From positions 1 to 64,000 of the forward strand of contig JBEKXL010000013.1 in the NCBI GenBank assembly GCA_049512075.1: 64,000 bases of DNA. The letters run 5' to 3'. This stretch comes from Candidatus Bathyarchaeia archaeon (GTDB lineage: Archaea > Thermoproteota > Bathyarchaeia > Bathyarchaeales > Bathycorpusculaceae). Shown piece after piece: positions 38,764 through 48,807 of the stretch. The translations under genes and the position numbers were made by a program. Numbering within the stretch: the stretch's first letter is position 1; every line of letters starts with the position of its first letter. The notes under the pieces were generated by a model, which saw only the letters and a list, made by a program, of their open reading frames with translations, did not search any database and was not told the DNA's origin.

Positions 38764-40551
38764 ATGACGAGAGTTGCCGTGTTAGAAGCCGATAAATGCA
38801 AGTCAAAACGTTGCAGTAGAATGTGCTATCGTTTCTGCCCCATCGTGCGGAGCAAGATAGAAGCAGTGCGCTTTGAAAATGACAGAGCGGTGATTGTCGA
38901 GTCCCTGTGCACGGGGTGTGGCATATGCGTGAAGAAGTGTCCCTTCAAAGCCTTGTCAATAGTTAATCTTCCAGATGAGCTTGAAAAAGACTGCAGCTAC
39001 CGTTTCGGAGAAAACACCTTCAAGCTTTACAGGTTACCGACGCCTTCCCCGGGCTTGGTGCTGGGCTTAGTGGGGCAGAACGGAATAGGCAAAACAACAG
39101 CTCTCAAATTGCTGTCCGGAGAAATCAAGATAAACCTTGGAAACTACGAGAACCCGCCTGACTGGAACGAAATAATCCGGCATTTCAGAGGTTCGATCCT
39201 GCAAGAGTATTTCCAGAAAATGGCCGAAGGAAAGCTCAGAGTTTCGCACAAACCACAGTACGTGGACAAGCTCCCGAAAGTCATCTCTGGAAAGGTCGGC
39301 GAACTGCTTGAAAAAGTGGACGAAAGGAAAAACTTGGATAAGATTGCTGAGCAGCTTGAACTCAAACAGTTCTGGAATCGCCCGCTTGACGTCCTGAGCG
39401 GCGGCGAACTGCAACGTGTGGCTGTAACTGCTGCAATCTGTCGCGAAGCAGAGGTGTACATGTTTGATGAGCCATCAAGCTACTTGGACGTAAAACAGAG
39501 ACTCGAAGTGGCGAAGACGATAAGAAGCCTGAAAAACGATCAAAAAACGATAATCATCGCCGAGCATGACCTGGCAATAATTGATTACTTGTCAGACCAG
39601 ATATGCCTCTTCTACGGTGAACCAGGCGTCTATGGAGTCGTCTCAAGCGTCCACGGCGTCAGAACCGGCATAAACATTTATCTGCAAGGCTACATTCCGG
39701 ACGCAAACGTTCGTTTCAGAAAGGAATCTATAGTATTCCACGAGAAGCCCCCTACGGTCAGCGCTGGGGCTGGAGAAACGATGCTAACATGGGAACAATT
39801 AGAAAAAACGTACGAAGGGTTCAAGCTAGTAGCCAAACCTGGGGAAATCAAGAGGGGAGAAATAATCGGGATATTAGGAGCTAACGGGATAGGGAAGACA
39901 ACTTTCATAAAGATACTAGCGGGAATTGAAAAGGCTGATGACGAAAGAGAATTCGGCAAACTGAACGTCAGCTACAAACCGCAGTATATCTCAGCGGATT
40001 ATGAGGGCACGGTTCAAGAGCTTCTCATGAGCGTTGCCAAAGAAGAGTTCTCTTCAGGCTGGTACAGAACAGAAATCCTGCAACCTCTAAAGGTGAATCC
40101 CTTGTGTGACAGAAACCTCGCGGAACTCAGTGGCGGAGAGCTGCAGAAAGTGGCCATCGCGGCTTGTCTCTCACGCAGGGCCGATCTTTACCTGCTGGAC
40201 GAGCCGAGTGCCTACTTGGACGTAGAAGAGAGATTGAACATGGCGAAGACTATCCGAAGAGTCGTTGAAAATCGCAACGTGACAGCCTTCGTCGTTGAAC
40301 ACGATGTCGTCGCTCAGGACTTCATAGCTGATCACCTGATGGTCTTCACGGGAAAGCCTGGCGTCGACGGTGTGGCTAATCCGCCGACGAGTTTGCGAAA
40401 GGGAATGAACGTTTTTCTGAAAGACATGCAAGTCACGTTCAGAAGAGACCCTGCCACCAAAAGACCTAGAGTCAACAAAGAAGGGTCAAAACTCGACAAG
40501 TTTCAAAAGCAAATCGGCGAATATTATTACGTACGCAGACATAGAAAATAG
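38764..40551 (+). CDS. rli: Ribosome recycling ATPase ABCE1 (RLI)
   Basis: N-terminal FeS Cys motifs, two GIGKT Walker A and LSGGELQ signatures, TFRRD. Confidence 0.97.
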   Translation: MTRVAVLEADKCKSKRCSRMCYRFCPIVRSKIEAVRFENDRAVIVESLCTGCGICVKKCPFKALSIVNLPDELEKDCSYRFGENTFKLYRLPTPSPGLVLGLVGQNGIGKTTALKLLSGEIKINLGNYENPPDWNEIIRHFRGSILQEYFQKMAEGKLRVSHKPQYVDKLPKVISGKVGELLEKVDERKNLDKIAEQLELKQFWNRPLDVLSGGELQRVAVTAAICREAEVYMFDEPSSYLDVKQRLEVAKTIRSLKNDQKTIIIAEHDLAIIDYLSDQICLFYGEPGVYGVVSSVHGVRTGINIYLQGYIPDANVRFRKESIVFHEKPPTVSAGAGETMLTWEQLEKTYEGFKLVAKPGEIKRGEIIGILGANGIGKTTFIKILAGIEKADDEREFGKLNVSYKPQYISADYEGTVQELLMSVAKEEFSSGWYRTEILQPLKVNPLCDRNLAELSGGELQKVAIAACLSRRADLYLLDEPSAYLDVEERLNMAKTIRRVVENRNVTAFVVEHDVVAQDFIADHLMVFTGKPGVDGVANPPTSLRKGMNVFLKDMQVTFRRDPATKRPRVNKEGSKLDKFQKQIGEYYYVRRHRK

Positions 40552-40561
40552 GGCGCAGGAA

Positions 40562-40990
40562 ATGACTGTACTGAGGATCGGGGAGACGGAGAAAAAACTG
40601 TTGGATGCTTCATTGATAGCCTTGAAGAACGCGTATGTGCTCTGGGGGTTCAAGGTTGGCGCCGCTGTGTTTGCGGAGGATGGACAGGTTTACGAGGGTT
40701 GCAACGTCGAAAGCTGGGTGTCAGGGCTGGGCACCTGCGCTGAGAGGTGTGCAATCAACCACGCTGTTTTGCATGGAAATCGAAAGATCAAGGAACTGGC
40801 AGTAGTCATGAATGCCAATTTAGGGGGCGAACCTAGACCGTGCGGCGCGTGCCTACAGTACATCTCTGATTTCTCAGCGAACCCGCAGATCAAGGTCGTT
40901 ATGGCCAAAGCAGAAAAAGGGAAGATTCTGAAGGAGACCGTTAACGTCAGAAAATTAGAAGCGCTGTTTCCCTTCCCCTACAAGAAATGA
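40562..40990 (+). CDS. cdd: Cytidine deaminase
   Basis: KVGAA, GCNVE, CAER, PCGAC. Confidence 0.9.
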   Translation: MTVLRIGETEKKLLDASLIALKNAYVLWGFKVGAAVFAEDGQVYEGCNVESWVSGLGTCAERCAINHAVLHGNRKIKELAVVMNANLGGEPRPCGACLQYISDFSANPQIKVVMAKAEKGKILKETVNVRKLEALFPFPYKK

Positions 40991-41085
40991 AGTGTCTTCT
41001 GTTGAACGTAGTTAAGTTAAACTGCCTTCTTGGCTGACAATACTTTATAAGTCAGGAAGCAATAGGGCATATTGAGGAATGCGAT

Positions 41086-41205
41086 ATGACGAACAGATTC
41101 GAGCCGAAAATCCTCATAACAAGCAAAAGATTCCGCTACGCGGACCTTATTCTCTTCGGCGAGAAGGCCAGATTAGAGAATGGCGAGAGGAAAGTGCAAG
41201 CATGA
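41086..41205 (+). CDS. 39-aa hypothetical ORF, first gene of the integrase operon
   Basis: MTNRFEPKILITSKRFRYADLILFGEKARLENGERKVQA*; ATGA overlap with the next ORF; TTTATAA box at 41044. Confidence 0.45.
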   Translation: MTNRFEPKILITSKRFRYADLILFGEKARLENGERKVQA

Positions 41206-41315
41206 TAGCAAAGCTGCAAATCACCTGTGCACGGTGCGCGACCGCTTACGACATTCGCAAACATGAGAGTTGCCCCGACTGCGGCTCGCGAGACTTAAAC
41301 GTGGGGGGCGAGTAA
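41202..41315 (+). CDS. 37-aa zinc-ribbon protein
   Basis: MIAKLQITCARCATAYDIRKHESCPDCGSRDLNVGGE*, two CxxC. Confidence 0.6.
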   Translation: MIAKLQITCARCATAYDIRKHESCPDCGSRDLNVGGE

Positions 41316-41317
41316 GC

Positions 41318-42553
41318 GTGGAGAAAATCACACAGAGAAATGTCCTAGAGAAATGGGCAAACCAATACCCTGAGATTAAGAGATGGCTTAGTCACCTGCA
41401 ACAGAAAAACATGAATGCCTTTTCTCTTTACCGTTTTTGTGAGTGGTGCAAGCTGACTCCAACGCAACTCTTAGACGTGAAAAAGAAAAACCCCTCTGCG
41501 GGCACAGTCGAGAAAATCCTTGACGACTTTTGCAACATGAATGATAAGCGTTTCACAAACTCTTTCCAATACCAAACAAGCATAGCCGTTAAGAGTTTCT
41601 TCCGCTGGAATTACACAGACTTGGCGAAAGCTTCAGGCGCGGTGACATTGGAAAAGAAGAAACCATACAACGCGCTCAACAAGGAGGGTTTGAGAAAACT
41701 CTGGAGCCACGCGCGCAACCTGAGAGACCGCGCTCTTGTCCCCTTCGTGCTATCCACGGCCGTCGCGAAAGAGACGCTTTCAAGGTTACAATGGAAAGAC
41801 CTTGAGGAAAACTGGGAAAACATAGACTTACCATGCCTTAACATTTCATCAGAAAAGTTGAAAGGGCATGGGGTCGGGAGATACCGCGGAGTGCGACAGG
41901 TGAGTTTTCTCTCAGGCGAAGCGAAACGTGCCCTTATAGACTACAAAGAATGGTGCGAGAAAAGGTTAGGAAGGAAAGTGAGACCTGAGGACAATATCTG
42001 GTTAGACAACATCGCCCCATACAAGCCATTAGAGTATGATTCTTTCAGCACACTCATACTCAGGTTAAGCAAAGAGGCGGGCGTTAAGTTCACCTGGCAC
42101 GATGCGCGCAGGTGGGTTACAACATGCCTTGAGTCAGTCGGCATATCACCAAATTGGAATAGAGTGTTGAGGGGGCGAAAAGTCGCAGGCTCAGAAAACC
42201 CATATTCGAGACCTGCAATAGATCAACTGAGAGCTAAGTTCCGTGAGGCCATCCCAACACTTGAATTTACAACTGAAACGCACGCGGTCAGCAGAGAAGT
42301 CGAGGAGAGGCTTAAGGCACTTGAGGAGTTTAAGAGTGCGCTGACACCGGAGCAGCTTGAGAAAGCCAGACGCGCAGGCGTTCAGTTACGCAAACAAGTT
42401 GGGCAACCGGATAAAGAAGAGAAATATGCTAACTGTGAAGACGGAACCCATTGCCAACGAGTCGTCAGTGAAAGCGACTTGACAACCTATCTTCAAACTG
42501 GATGGAAAGTAATATGCGCGCTACCCAGTGGAAAGGTTGTAATAGAAAGATGA
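41318..42553 (+). CDS. Tyrosine recombinase/integrase with atypical catalytic motifs
   Basis: SAM-like N-terminus (VKSFFRWN), RDRAL, HDARR, NPYSRP Tyr; box I reads STAVAKET and the LLGH position reads LRGR. Confidence 0.85.
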   Translation: MEKITQRNVLEKWANQYPEIKRWLSHLQQKNMNAFSLYRFCEWCKLTPTQLLDVKKKNPSAGTVEKILDDFCNMNDKRFTNSFQYQTSIAVKSFFRWNYTDLAKASGAVTLEKKKPYNALNKEGLRKLWSHARNLRDRALVPFVLSTAVAKETLSRLQWKDLEENWENIDLPCLNISSEKLKGHGVGRYRGVRQVSFLSGEAKRALIDYKEWCEKRLGRKVRPEDNIWLDNIAPYKPLEYDSFSTLILRLSKEAGVKFTWHDARRWVTTCLESVGISPNWNRVLRGRKVAGSENPYSRPAIDQLRAKFREAIPTLEFTTETHAVSREVEERLKALEEFKSALTPEQLEKARRAGVQLRKQVGQPDKEEKYANCEDGTHCQRVVSESDLTTYLQTGWKVICALPSGKVVIER

Positions 42554-42559
42554 CCCTAC

Positions 42560-42735
42560 GCCCCCTGCTCTTTTTTTGTGATTTTCAGAATCAAGTTGCT
42601 GTTTTGATTTAGAGCTCGCTTCCATTCTCGTGTGGGACACTGTTTTCGGTAGGTTCGCCTCATCAGGGTCGAGGTAGGGCTCACCTGCTCGGCAAGTGTC
42701 CAGCACGAGAAGCAATTTATGCTCCGTTTCTGGGA
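42560..42735 (+). repeat. Structured element family A, copy 1 (abuts the integrase stop)
   Basis: Rod hairpin TTCTCGTG..GGACACT / AGTGTCC..CACGAGAA; homologous to 44171-44295 (reverse), 44311-44440, 47889-48058 and 57321-57368. Confidence 0.85.
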
Positions 42736-43289
42736 ACTTGCAGAACTTGTCTTTCCGAGCATAACCAGGCTAAACGAAGCGCGTCGTTTATGCCTAGTCC
42801 CGTTCATGCAAGCGGGAAGCGCGCGCACGGGGCTAGAACCAAACTTCAGTAGTATAGCTCGGTTAGATTCCACTATTTTGGAGATATCTCCCGCGCAACC
42901 CCTCTTTTCTGTTTTTGAAAGCATAAGACTGGATTACTCGCTTAGAATAGGCCCGCTTTCAAATCGAGGCGTGCTAGAATCACGGCTGCTCCAATTCCAC
43001 CAATCGGAGCGGAACAATTTGTAATAATACTGGGCATCACCTTGATAACCATCGTCTGGCGAGAAATCGCAAAAACCATTATGTATAGACGAAGCCCAAG
43101 CAGGCCCGCGCCACATTAAGGATAGAAGTGCTTCTAGCGCAGAGCTTTGGCAGTTGGGCTGGAACCCTTGGAAATGTAGATCGTTTAGGAGGCTTGGTGA
43201 AGCTTGTTTCTGCTGGTTTGGGTGAAGGTTTCTTCACAAAAACCCTTTTCAGCGCCGTTTGAGCCTCTGTTATCTAGAGGAACATCGTC

Positions 43290-44078
43290 GTGGCCCGCGA
43301 AAAGCCTGAAGAGGAGACGTATTCGCTGATTTATACGTCGCTCAGGCATCCAATCCGCAGAAAAATACTCAGAATGTTAATGAACAAACCTTTGACTTTC
43401 TCCGAAATACTGGAAGCAGTCGACATCGACAGCGGACACCTAAACTATCATCTGGAAAACCTAGGCGATTTGATAACCCATTCTCAAGATGGCAAATACC
43501 AGCTCTCAAGCCTCGGCTCAGCTGCGGTAAGACTCATGGGAGGCGTTGAAGAGCATCACATCGAACTTTCCAAGCCAAAGTTGAAGCTAACCAAGGTTTT
43601 CGCCAAGGCGTATCCACTCATCCTGTCCGCAGTGCTGATAATCGCAGGTCTGTACTTCGTCAGCTATGCCACAGTGACGAAAGAAGTAGCGAATGGAGTC
43701 GGCTGGATGGCGGTTCTCCCAATTGCCAACTTTACTTTTGCCAATCTGACGGCCAATAATGAGTCAATTGTTTTCTATTTTAATGCTACCCCGCTCAATG
43801 ACAACGCCACGATAAATGGAACGCAAATAGAAAACGTAGGTTTCACGATGATGGCAAACGAGAATGACTCGATAAAGATGCTGAAACTCTACATTGCAAC
43901 ATACATTCTCGTGTTCACCACGACAACTTTGGAACAGACAGTGAAACCATACTTTTATTATGGAATAGCCGCATTGGCCATTGCACTAGTCTATCCCGCG
44001 TTTGTCCTGATTGAGGCTCTAGAGAATCTGGGACACAAACCCAAGCCTCGAAAATCTGCGCGCGAGAGAGTCATTTAG
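43290..44078 (+). CDS. ArsR-type winged-HTH protein with two TM helices and an AglB-derived loop
   Basis: LRHPIRRKIL, SG.LNYHL..L HTH; TM-loop-TM; 43792-43921 matches aglB. Confidence 0.85.
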   Translation: MAREKPEEETYSLIYTSLRHPIRRKILRMLMNKPLTFSEILEAVDIDSGHLNYHLENLGDLITHSQDGKYQLSSLGSAAVRLMGGVEEHHIELSKPKLKLTKVFAKAYPLILSAVLIIAGLYFVSYATVTKEVANGVGWMAVLPIANFTFANLTANNESIVFYFNATPLNDNATINGTQIENVGFTMMANENDSIKMLKLYIATYILVFTTTTLEQTVKPYFYYGIAALAIALVYPAFVLIEALENLGHKPKPRKSARERVI

Positions 44079-44170
44079 GGTAGAGGAAACACTCCGCTTT
44101 ACCTACCTTCCTTTCATAGCGGCGGGAACGGCGCATGTTCGTCGGGGCCTACCCCTACCCTACCTTTTTG

Positions 44171-44514
44171 CTAAACGGAGCCTGAATCTTATCTCGTGCA
44201 GGACACTGATTCAGGAGGCTAACAGGTTCTGACTCTTAGGTCGCTGAACCCTCTGGAACAGTGTCGCACACGAGAATAGAAACGAGTTGCTTTTCGGATG
44301 CATGCAAAACCTAAACGGAGCTCGGAAAACTGTCCACCTGAACCGCCGTTTCCGAGGCTCAGTGGCTCCACGAGTGTGAATCGTTGAACCCTCTCGGCGA
44401 GTGAGCAGCACGGACAGTAATTCAAGCTCCGTTTTCGGCTAGCCCCCTTCTCTCCGTGCACTGATTGCAAACAGTGCAGAGCGTGCAGTAGAGCCGGTCT
44501 GCTGAGCGCGCGCG
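44171..44514. repeat. Family A copies 2 (reverse) and 3 plus a TGCA palindrome, ending at a (CG)n tract
   Basis: AAACGGAGCT/AGCTCCGTTT, ACTGTCC/GGACAGT and CCGAG/CTCGG stems; TGCACTGATTGCAAACAGTGCA at 44457-44478. Confidence 0.85.
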
Positions 44515-44557
44515 TGTTTTGGAAGAATGGTTGGTTATTGCGTTTTCTCTGTTCTGT

Positions 44558-46144
44558 CTAACTTTGGCTTGTTTTCACGCCTTTCTTTTTGTAGATTATG
44601 ACTGTTAGTAGTGTTAATAATATGAAAAACATCGTGGCTTGAATCGATGGAAACTCTGGAACTACGTATTGAACCACAAATGGATAATGGTCAGTATTGT
44701 TCGTGTCGATGACATAAGGTGTGTTCCAGACGCCTGAACCGTCTGTTTCGGCGGCATTTGGATATTTTGTTAGATAGTCGCTCCAGTAGTTACCCACACT
44801 CCCATTGTCCCAAACGTTAGCCAAGACTCCCATTATTAAGACTTGGTTTGTGTTGTTCACAAAGTTGTTATGAAAAATGAAGTTGCCAGAAGAAGACTCG
44901 AACCAAATGCCAAAGTCGCTGTTTGTGATGTTGTTGCCAGACAAAGTGTTGTTATCAGAAGAAGAGTAGAGCCAAATGCCCTTAGCGTTGTTTGCGACGT
45001 TGTTGCCAGACAAAACATTGTTAGAAGAAGAGTAGAGCCAAATGCCATTCAAGTCGTTTGCCGTGACGTTGTTACCAGACAAAGTGTTACCAGAAGAAGA
45101 TTCGAGCCAAATGCCCTCTTCGTTGTTTGCGGCGTTGTTGCCCGTGATTTGTGAGTCGTTTGTGTAGGCGAGCAAGAGTCCCTGACGGTTGCTTGTTAGG
45201 TTCATCCCTTGCACAGTCACGTTGGCACAGTTAAAGAAGCCCAAATACCCAACCTCTGGATACGCATCAGGGTTTACCATAATGTTCGACTGGTTAACGA
45301 AGTAGTAGACTGGCTTACCGTCGACGAGGTTTGAAGTGTCAATAGACTGTAGAAATTCGCTAAAACCAGTGCCATAGACGCCAAAGTTGTGTTCGTTACC
45401 CACCATCGCGTTGCCAGACAAAGTGTTACCAGAAGAAGAGTAGAGATAAATGCCGTCATACGTGTTTGCCGTGACGTTGTTGCCAGACAAAGTGTTACCA
45501 GAAGAATAGTCGATCTCAATGCCATAGTCGTTGTTTGCGGCGCTGTTACCAGACAAAGTGTTACCAGAAGAAGAGTCGAGATAGATTCCAAACGTGTTGT
45601 TTGCTATGTTGTTACCAGACACAGTGCTGTTAGAAGAAAAGACGAGGTTAATGCCTTCAATGTTGTTTGCCGTAACATTGTTACCAGACAAAGTGTTGTT
45701 GCTGGAAGAATCGTAGACCCAAATGCCACCCTCGTTGTTTGCCGTGACGTTGTTATCAGACAAAGTGTTACCAGAAGAAGAGCCGAGCCAAATGCCACGA
45801 GTGAAGTTTTTTATCGTCAGGTTTCTCACTGTCACGTTGCTTATGTTCGTGAGCGTTGTTCCGTTCCCGATTCCGCTTCCCGTCACGGTGTAGCCTGCCC
45901 CGTCCAGAATGATGTTGTCTCTCTCAACCACAATTCCATCGGCATCGCTGATTATGTTAACGTTGCCAGTCAAGGTGTAAGTGTCCCCGTTTCTTTGGAT
46001 TGGTGCTGTTGACGGCGTTATGCTTCCGTCTGCATTTATGGTAATGGTTCCACCGTCAGCCTTGACTACTTGAATCAATCCTGTTATTGACGATACGGAA
46101 AGCAAACACAGAATTGCAACCAAAGCAAAAACGGCTCTGTTCAT
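44558..46144 (-). CDS. NosD/CASH parallel beta-helix surface protein with PEF-type C-terminal anchor
   Basis: Signal peptide, ~22-aa repeats GI.L.SSSGNTLSGNNVTAN, GNYWSDY, D.YP, VPEFPS + TM + KKK. Confidence 0.92.
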   Translation of the reverse strand: MNRAVFALVAILCLLSVSSITGLIQVVKADGGTITINADGSITPSTAPIQRNGDTYTLTGNVNIISDADGIVVERDNIILDGAGYTVTGSGIGNGTTLTNISNVTVRNLTIKNFTRGIWLGSSSGNTLSDNNVTANNEGGIWVYDSSSNNTLSGNNVTANNIEGINLVFSSNSTVSGNNIANNTFGIYLDSSSGNTLSGNSAANNDYGIEIDYSSGNTLSGNNVTANTYDGIYLYSSSGNTLSGNAMVGNEHNFGVYGTGFSEFLQSIDTSNLVDGKPVYYFVNQSNIMVNPDAYPEVGYLGFFNCANVTVQGMNLTSNRQGLLLAYTNDSQITGNNAANNEEGIWLESSSGNTLSGNNVTANDLNGIWLYSSSNNVLSGNNVANNAKGIWLYSSSDNNTLSGNNITNSDFGIWFESSSGNFIFHNNFVNNTNQVLIMGVLANVWDNGSVGNYWSDYLTKYPNAAETDGSGVWNTPYVIDTNNTDHYPFVVQYVVPEFPSIQATMFFILLTLLTVIIYKKKGVKTSQS

Positions 46145-46359
46145 TCTATGTCCCTTCCCTGCGTAATTTATAGATTGATTGAATCAGTTCATATGATTTG
46201 TGGAAGCGCGTTCGTGGGATGTGTCTTGAGCAGGCGGTGTATTAGTAGGCGCCGGTGATGTTGTTGTGGGAGTTATGGTTTGTCCAAAGACGTAGCGCGC
46301 GCGTTCTGCAGGCTAGTCTCATCTGTTCTAAAGCTTAGACTTAACTAAGGGAACCGTAC

Positions 46360-47664
46360 ATGTTTGTTAGGGGAGAGGTTGTGTCGAAGTCTGTTAGGTC
46401 CCTTAGGATTCGCAGACTTTTTGTTATTTCTTTGACATTGGTTTCGATTATTTTAGTTAGTTATGTTGCCAATGCGTATTTTTCGGAGAGTGTGGAGAAT
46501 CCTGTTTATGCTGCTTCTGATAAGGAAGCAGGGTCTGTCGACAAGGCACTAGTCTCTGCGAATACAATGTTTGCGTTTAACTTGTTCAGAGAGCTCGTTT
46601 CAGAGGATTCTGGCAATGTTTTCATTTCTCCTCTGAGCGTTTCGATGGCTTTGGCGATGGCTTACAATGGGGCAGAGGGCACAACGAAGGATGCTATGTC
46701 TAACACTCTCAATTTTGGGGGTATGAGTATGGATAAGGTGAACCAGGAGTTCTCTACGTTGATCCAAAGCTTGGGGAATGTTGATCAATCAGTTAACCTG
46801 CTAATTGGAAACTCTGTCTGGATAAGACAAGAATTCGGACCTAATGTTAACGCAAGTTTCGTTCAGAGAGTGCAAAGTTCGTATGATGGTGAAGTGTTCA
46901 CACGGGATTTCAGCAGTTCTCAAACTGTCAACGAAATCAATAATTGGATAGATACCAAAACAAACGGTAAGATAAAGGATGTAATTTCGCAATTAGACCC
47001 ACAGCTTGCAATGCTCCTGATCAACGCCATCTATTTCAAAGGAGAATGGGTAACATCCTTCAACAAGAACGAAACAATGCAACAAGATTTCTATGTTTCT
47101 CAAGGAAACACGATGCAAGTAGACATGATGCAAACGTCGGGTCACTTCGAATACTATTCAGATAAGAATTGTGAAGTCGCAAGACTTCCATACGGAAGAG
47201 ACAAAGTCGCGATGTACATCTTCTTGCCGAATCAAAGTATGTCTCTCGGCTCGTTCATTGACAACATTAACCAAACTGTCAACGACAAATATATCAGCGA
47301 ACTTCAATCCGTAAGCAACCTCGTTGTCGAGCTTCCTAAATTCAAGGTTGAATACGACGCGAACCTCAACGACGCTCTAACGAAGCTAGGGATGGGAACA
47401 GCCTTCGAAGGTACAGCAAACTTCGATGGAATGGCTACAGGTCCAAGCCTCTTCATATCATATGTGAAACATGACGCAGTTGTTGAAGTGAATGAAGAAG
47501 GAACAGAAGCAGCGGGAGTAACCAGAATCGGCATGAGTTTGGGTTTATCTAACGGTCCGACACCTATATTTTTCATCGTGAACAGACCATTCTTCTTCGA
47601 AATCAGAGACGACCGTTCAGGCTCAATCCTATTCATGGGGACAATCTCCAATCCCACTGATTAA
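46360..47664 (+). CDS. Serpin (membrane-anchored/secreted)
   Basis: NVFISPLS, NAIYFKG.W, LPKFK, VNEEGTEAA hinge, NRPFFF.I. Confidence 0.95.
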   Translation: MFVRGEVVSKSVRSLRIRRLFVISLTLVSIILVSYVANAYFSESVENPVYAASDKEAGSVDKALVSANTMFAFNLFRELVSEDSGNVFISPLSVSMALAMAYNGAEGTTKDAMSNTLNFGGMSMDKVNQEFSTLIQSLGNVDQSVNLLIGNSVWIRQEFGPNVNASFVQRVQSSYDGEVFTRDFSSSQTVNEINNWIDTKTNGKIKDVISQLDPQLAMLLINAIYFKGEWVTSFNKNETMQQDFYVSQGNTMQVDMMQTSGHFEYYSDKNCEVARLPYGRDKVAMYIFLPNQSMSLGSFIDNINQTVNDKYISELQSVSNLVVELPKFKVEYDANLNDALTKLGMGTAFEGTANFDGMATGPSLFISYVKHDAVVEVNEEGTEAAGVTRIGMSLGLSNGPTPIFFIVNRPFFFEIRDDRSGSILFMGTISNPTD

Positions 47665-47732
47665 TAATGTACAGCCACGCGCGAGCTAAACAAACATTAA
47701 GACAGAATAGTGTTTCAACGACCAAAGTGAGG

Positions 47733-47800
47733 GCATAATGCATTCACAGTATCGTTAATAAGTTTAATGTTCCACTATCGCATTTAAAGGCACATTGTTG
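47733..47800 (+). repeat. 68-bp dispersed repeat (copy 2 of 1984-2051)
   Basis: Direct sequence match. Confidence 0.75.
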
Positions 47801-47888
47801 CCAATCGCATGCGCACATCATTGTTAATGCAGATAACCAATGAAAATCAGCGTAATGTTTTTGAGGCGCGCGCTAGCGAGTGTAGCCC

Positions 47889-48285
47889 CCTACTCCTTTT
47901 TGTTGATTTCCTAAATCAGGTTGCTTTTTTGTTTTAGAGCTCGCAAAACTGTCATCGCAAACCGCCGTTTCCGAAGCCGAACGCCTTCTGGAGTGCGAAC
48001 CACCGTACCCTCTCGGCGAGTGAGCAGCACGGACAGTAATTCAAGCTCTGTTTCGGGGCTCACCCCCTACACTCACTGCCTTGATTGCAACCAAGGCAGG
48101 GCATGCACCCTAGCCCCCTTCTCTCTGCGCACTGGTTGCAAACAGTGCAGAACGTGAAGTTAGGAGTCTACTCTATCAACCACAATCCGTGCTTAGGTTG
48201 CAACCTAGGCAGAGCGTGCAGTGGAGCTGATCTGCTTAGGAAGGTCAACGAATAGAGGAACATTAGCAACCTTAAGACTAACTAC
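47889..48285 (+). repeat. Family A copy 4 followed by three TGC-N5-TTGCAA-N5-GCA palindromes
   Basis: Palindromes at 48077-48098, 48128-48149 and 48190-48211; bounded by (CG)n tracts at 47866 and 48285. Confidence 0.85.
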
Positions 48286-48807
48286 GCGCGCTAAGAGCTT
48301 GAGTCGCCAATGCTTCCTTATCGCTTCATAATTGGGCGGCTTGCCTCTCACATTTCTTTTTTTCAACTCAATGAACACGTCAATCATTTCTAGCAAAATC
48401 TCTTTGCATCGTGAATCGTACTTTCCACCTGGAAAAGTGTCCTTTAGTTTGGAAAACTCTAATAGCAGTTCTATTTGCTCCTTCTTTGTTATGGAATAAG
48501 GAAGCAAAGCCTCGGCTATTTGTCTAATCTCGCGTTCTGTTGTCACAAGAACCCGATACATGTCTTTGTGATACTTCTCCTTCGCTCTCACTTTGTCATA
48601 ACTGACACCAAAAATGTTGGCAACAAATCTAATCGATTCTTCGTGAGACATTGAGATTTCTATCATGGGCGTGAAGTGATGGTTGTCTTTTCCTGTTATT
48701 CTTATGGCAAATGTACCTTCTCCATCCATTAGCCCCGCGATGTACTGCAAGTTCTGGTCCAAGATGTCGGGGTCAATGTTTGCAACCTTTTTAAACTTCC
48801 ACGTCAA
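48205..48807 (-). CDS. Free-standing single-motif LAGLIDADG endonuclease-like protein; native 3' end probably replaced
   Basis: YIAGLMDGEGTF, LLPYSITKKEQ; the last ~27 codons read through the (CG)n tract into repeat DNA. Confidence 0.8.
   Translation of the reverse strand: MTWKFKKVANIDPDILDQNLQYIAGLMDGEGTFAIRITGKDNHHFTPMIEISMSHEESIRFVANIFGVSYDKVRAKEKYHKDMYRVLVTTEREIRQIAEALLPYSITKKEQIELLLEFSKLKDTFPGGKYDSRCKEILLEMIDVFIELKKRNVRGKPPNYEAIRKHWRLKLLARVVSLKVANVPLFVDLPKQISSTARSA

Noticed and set aside
40991-41085. tRNA gene as the integration target
   Set aside because: No cloverleaf or T-loop motif is visible at either island end or elsewhere in the window.
44870-45800. 66-69-bp tandem nucleotide repeats
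   Set aside because: Fully explained by the beta-helix repeats of the NosD-like protein.
47931-47941. GTTTTAGAGCT, identical to the start of the type II-A CRISPR repeat/sgRNA scaffold
   Set aside because: Only 11 nt, with no array and no cas genes. It is the left closing arm of family A copy 4, and copy 1 reads GATTTAGAGCT.
48077-48211. Three palindromes as a mini-CRISPR
   Set aside because: The repeats differ in their arms, spacing is unequal, and the spacer sequence (TAGCCCCCTTCTCT) recurs at 44440.
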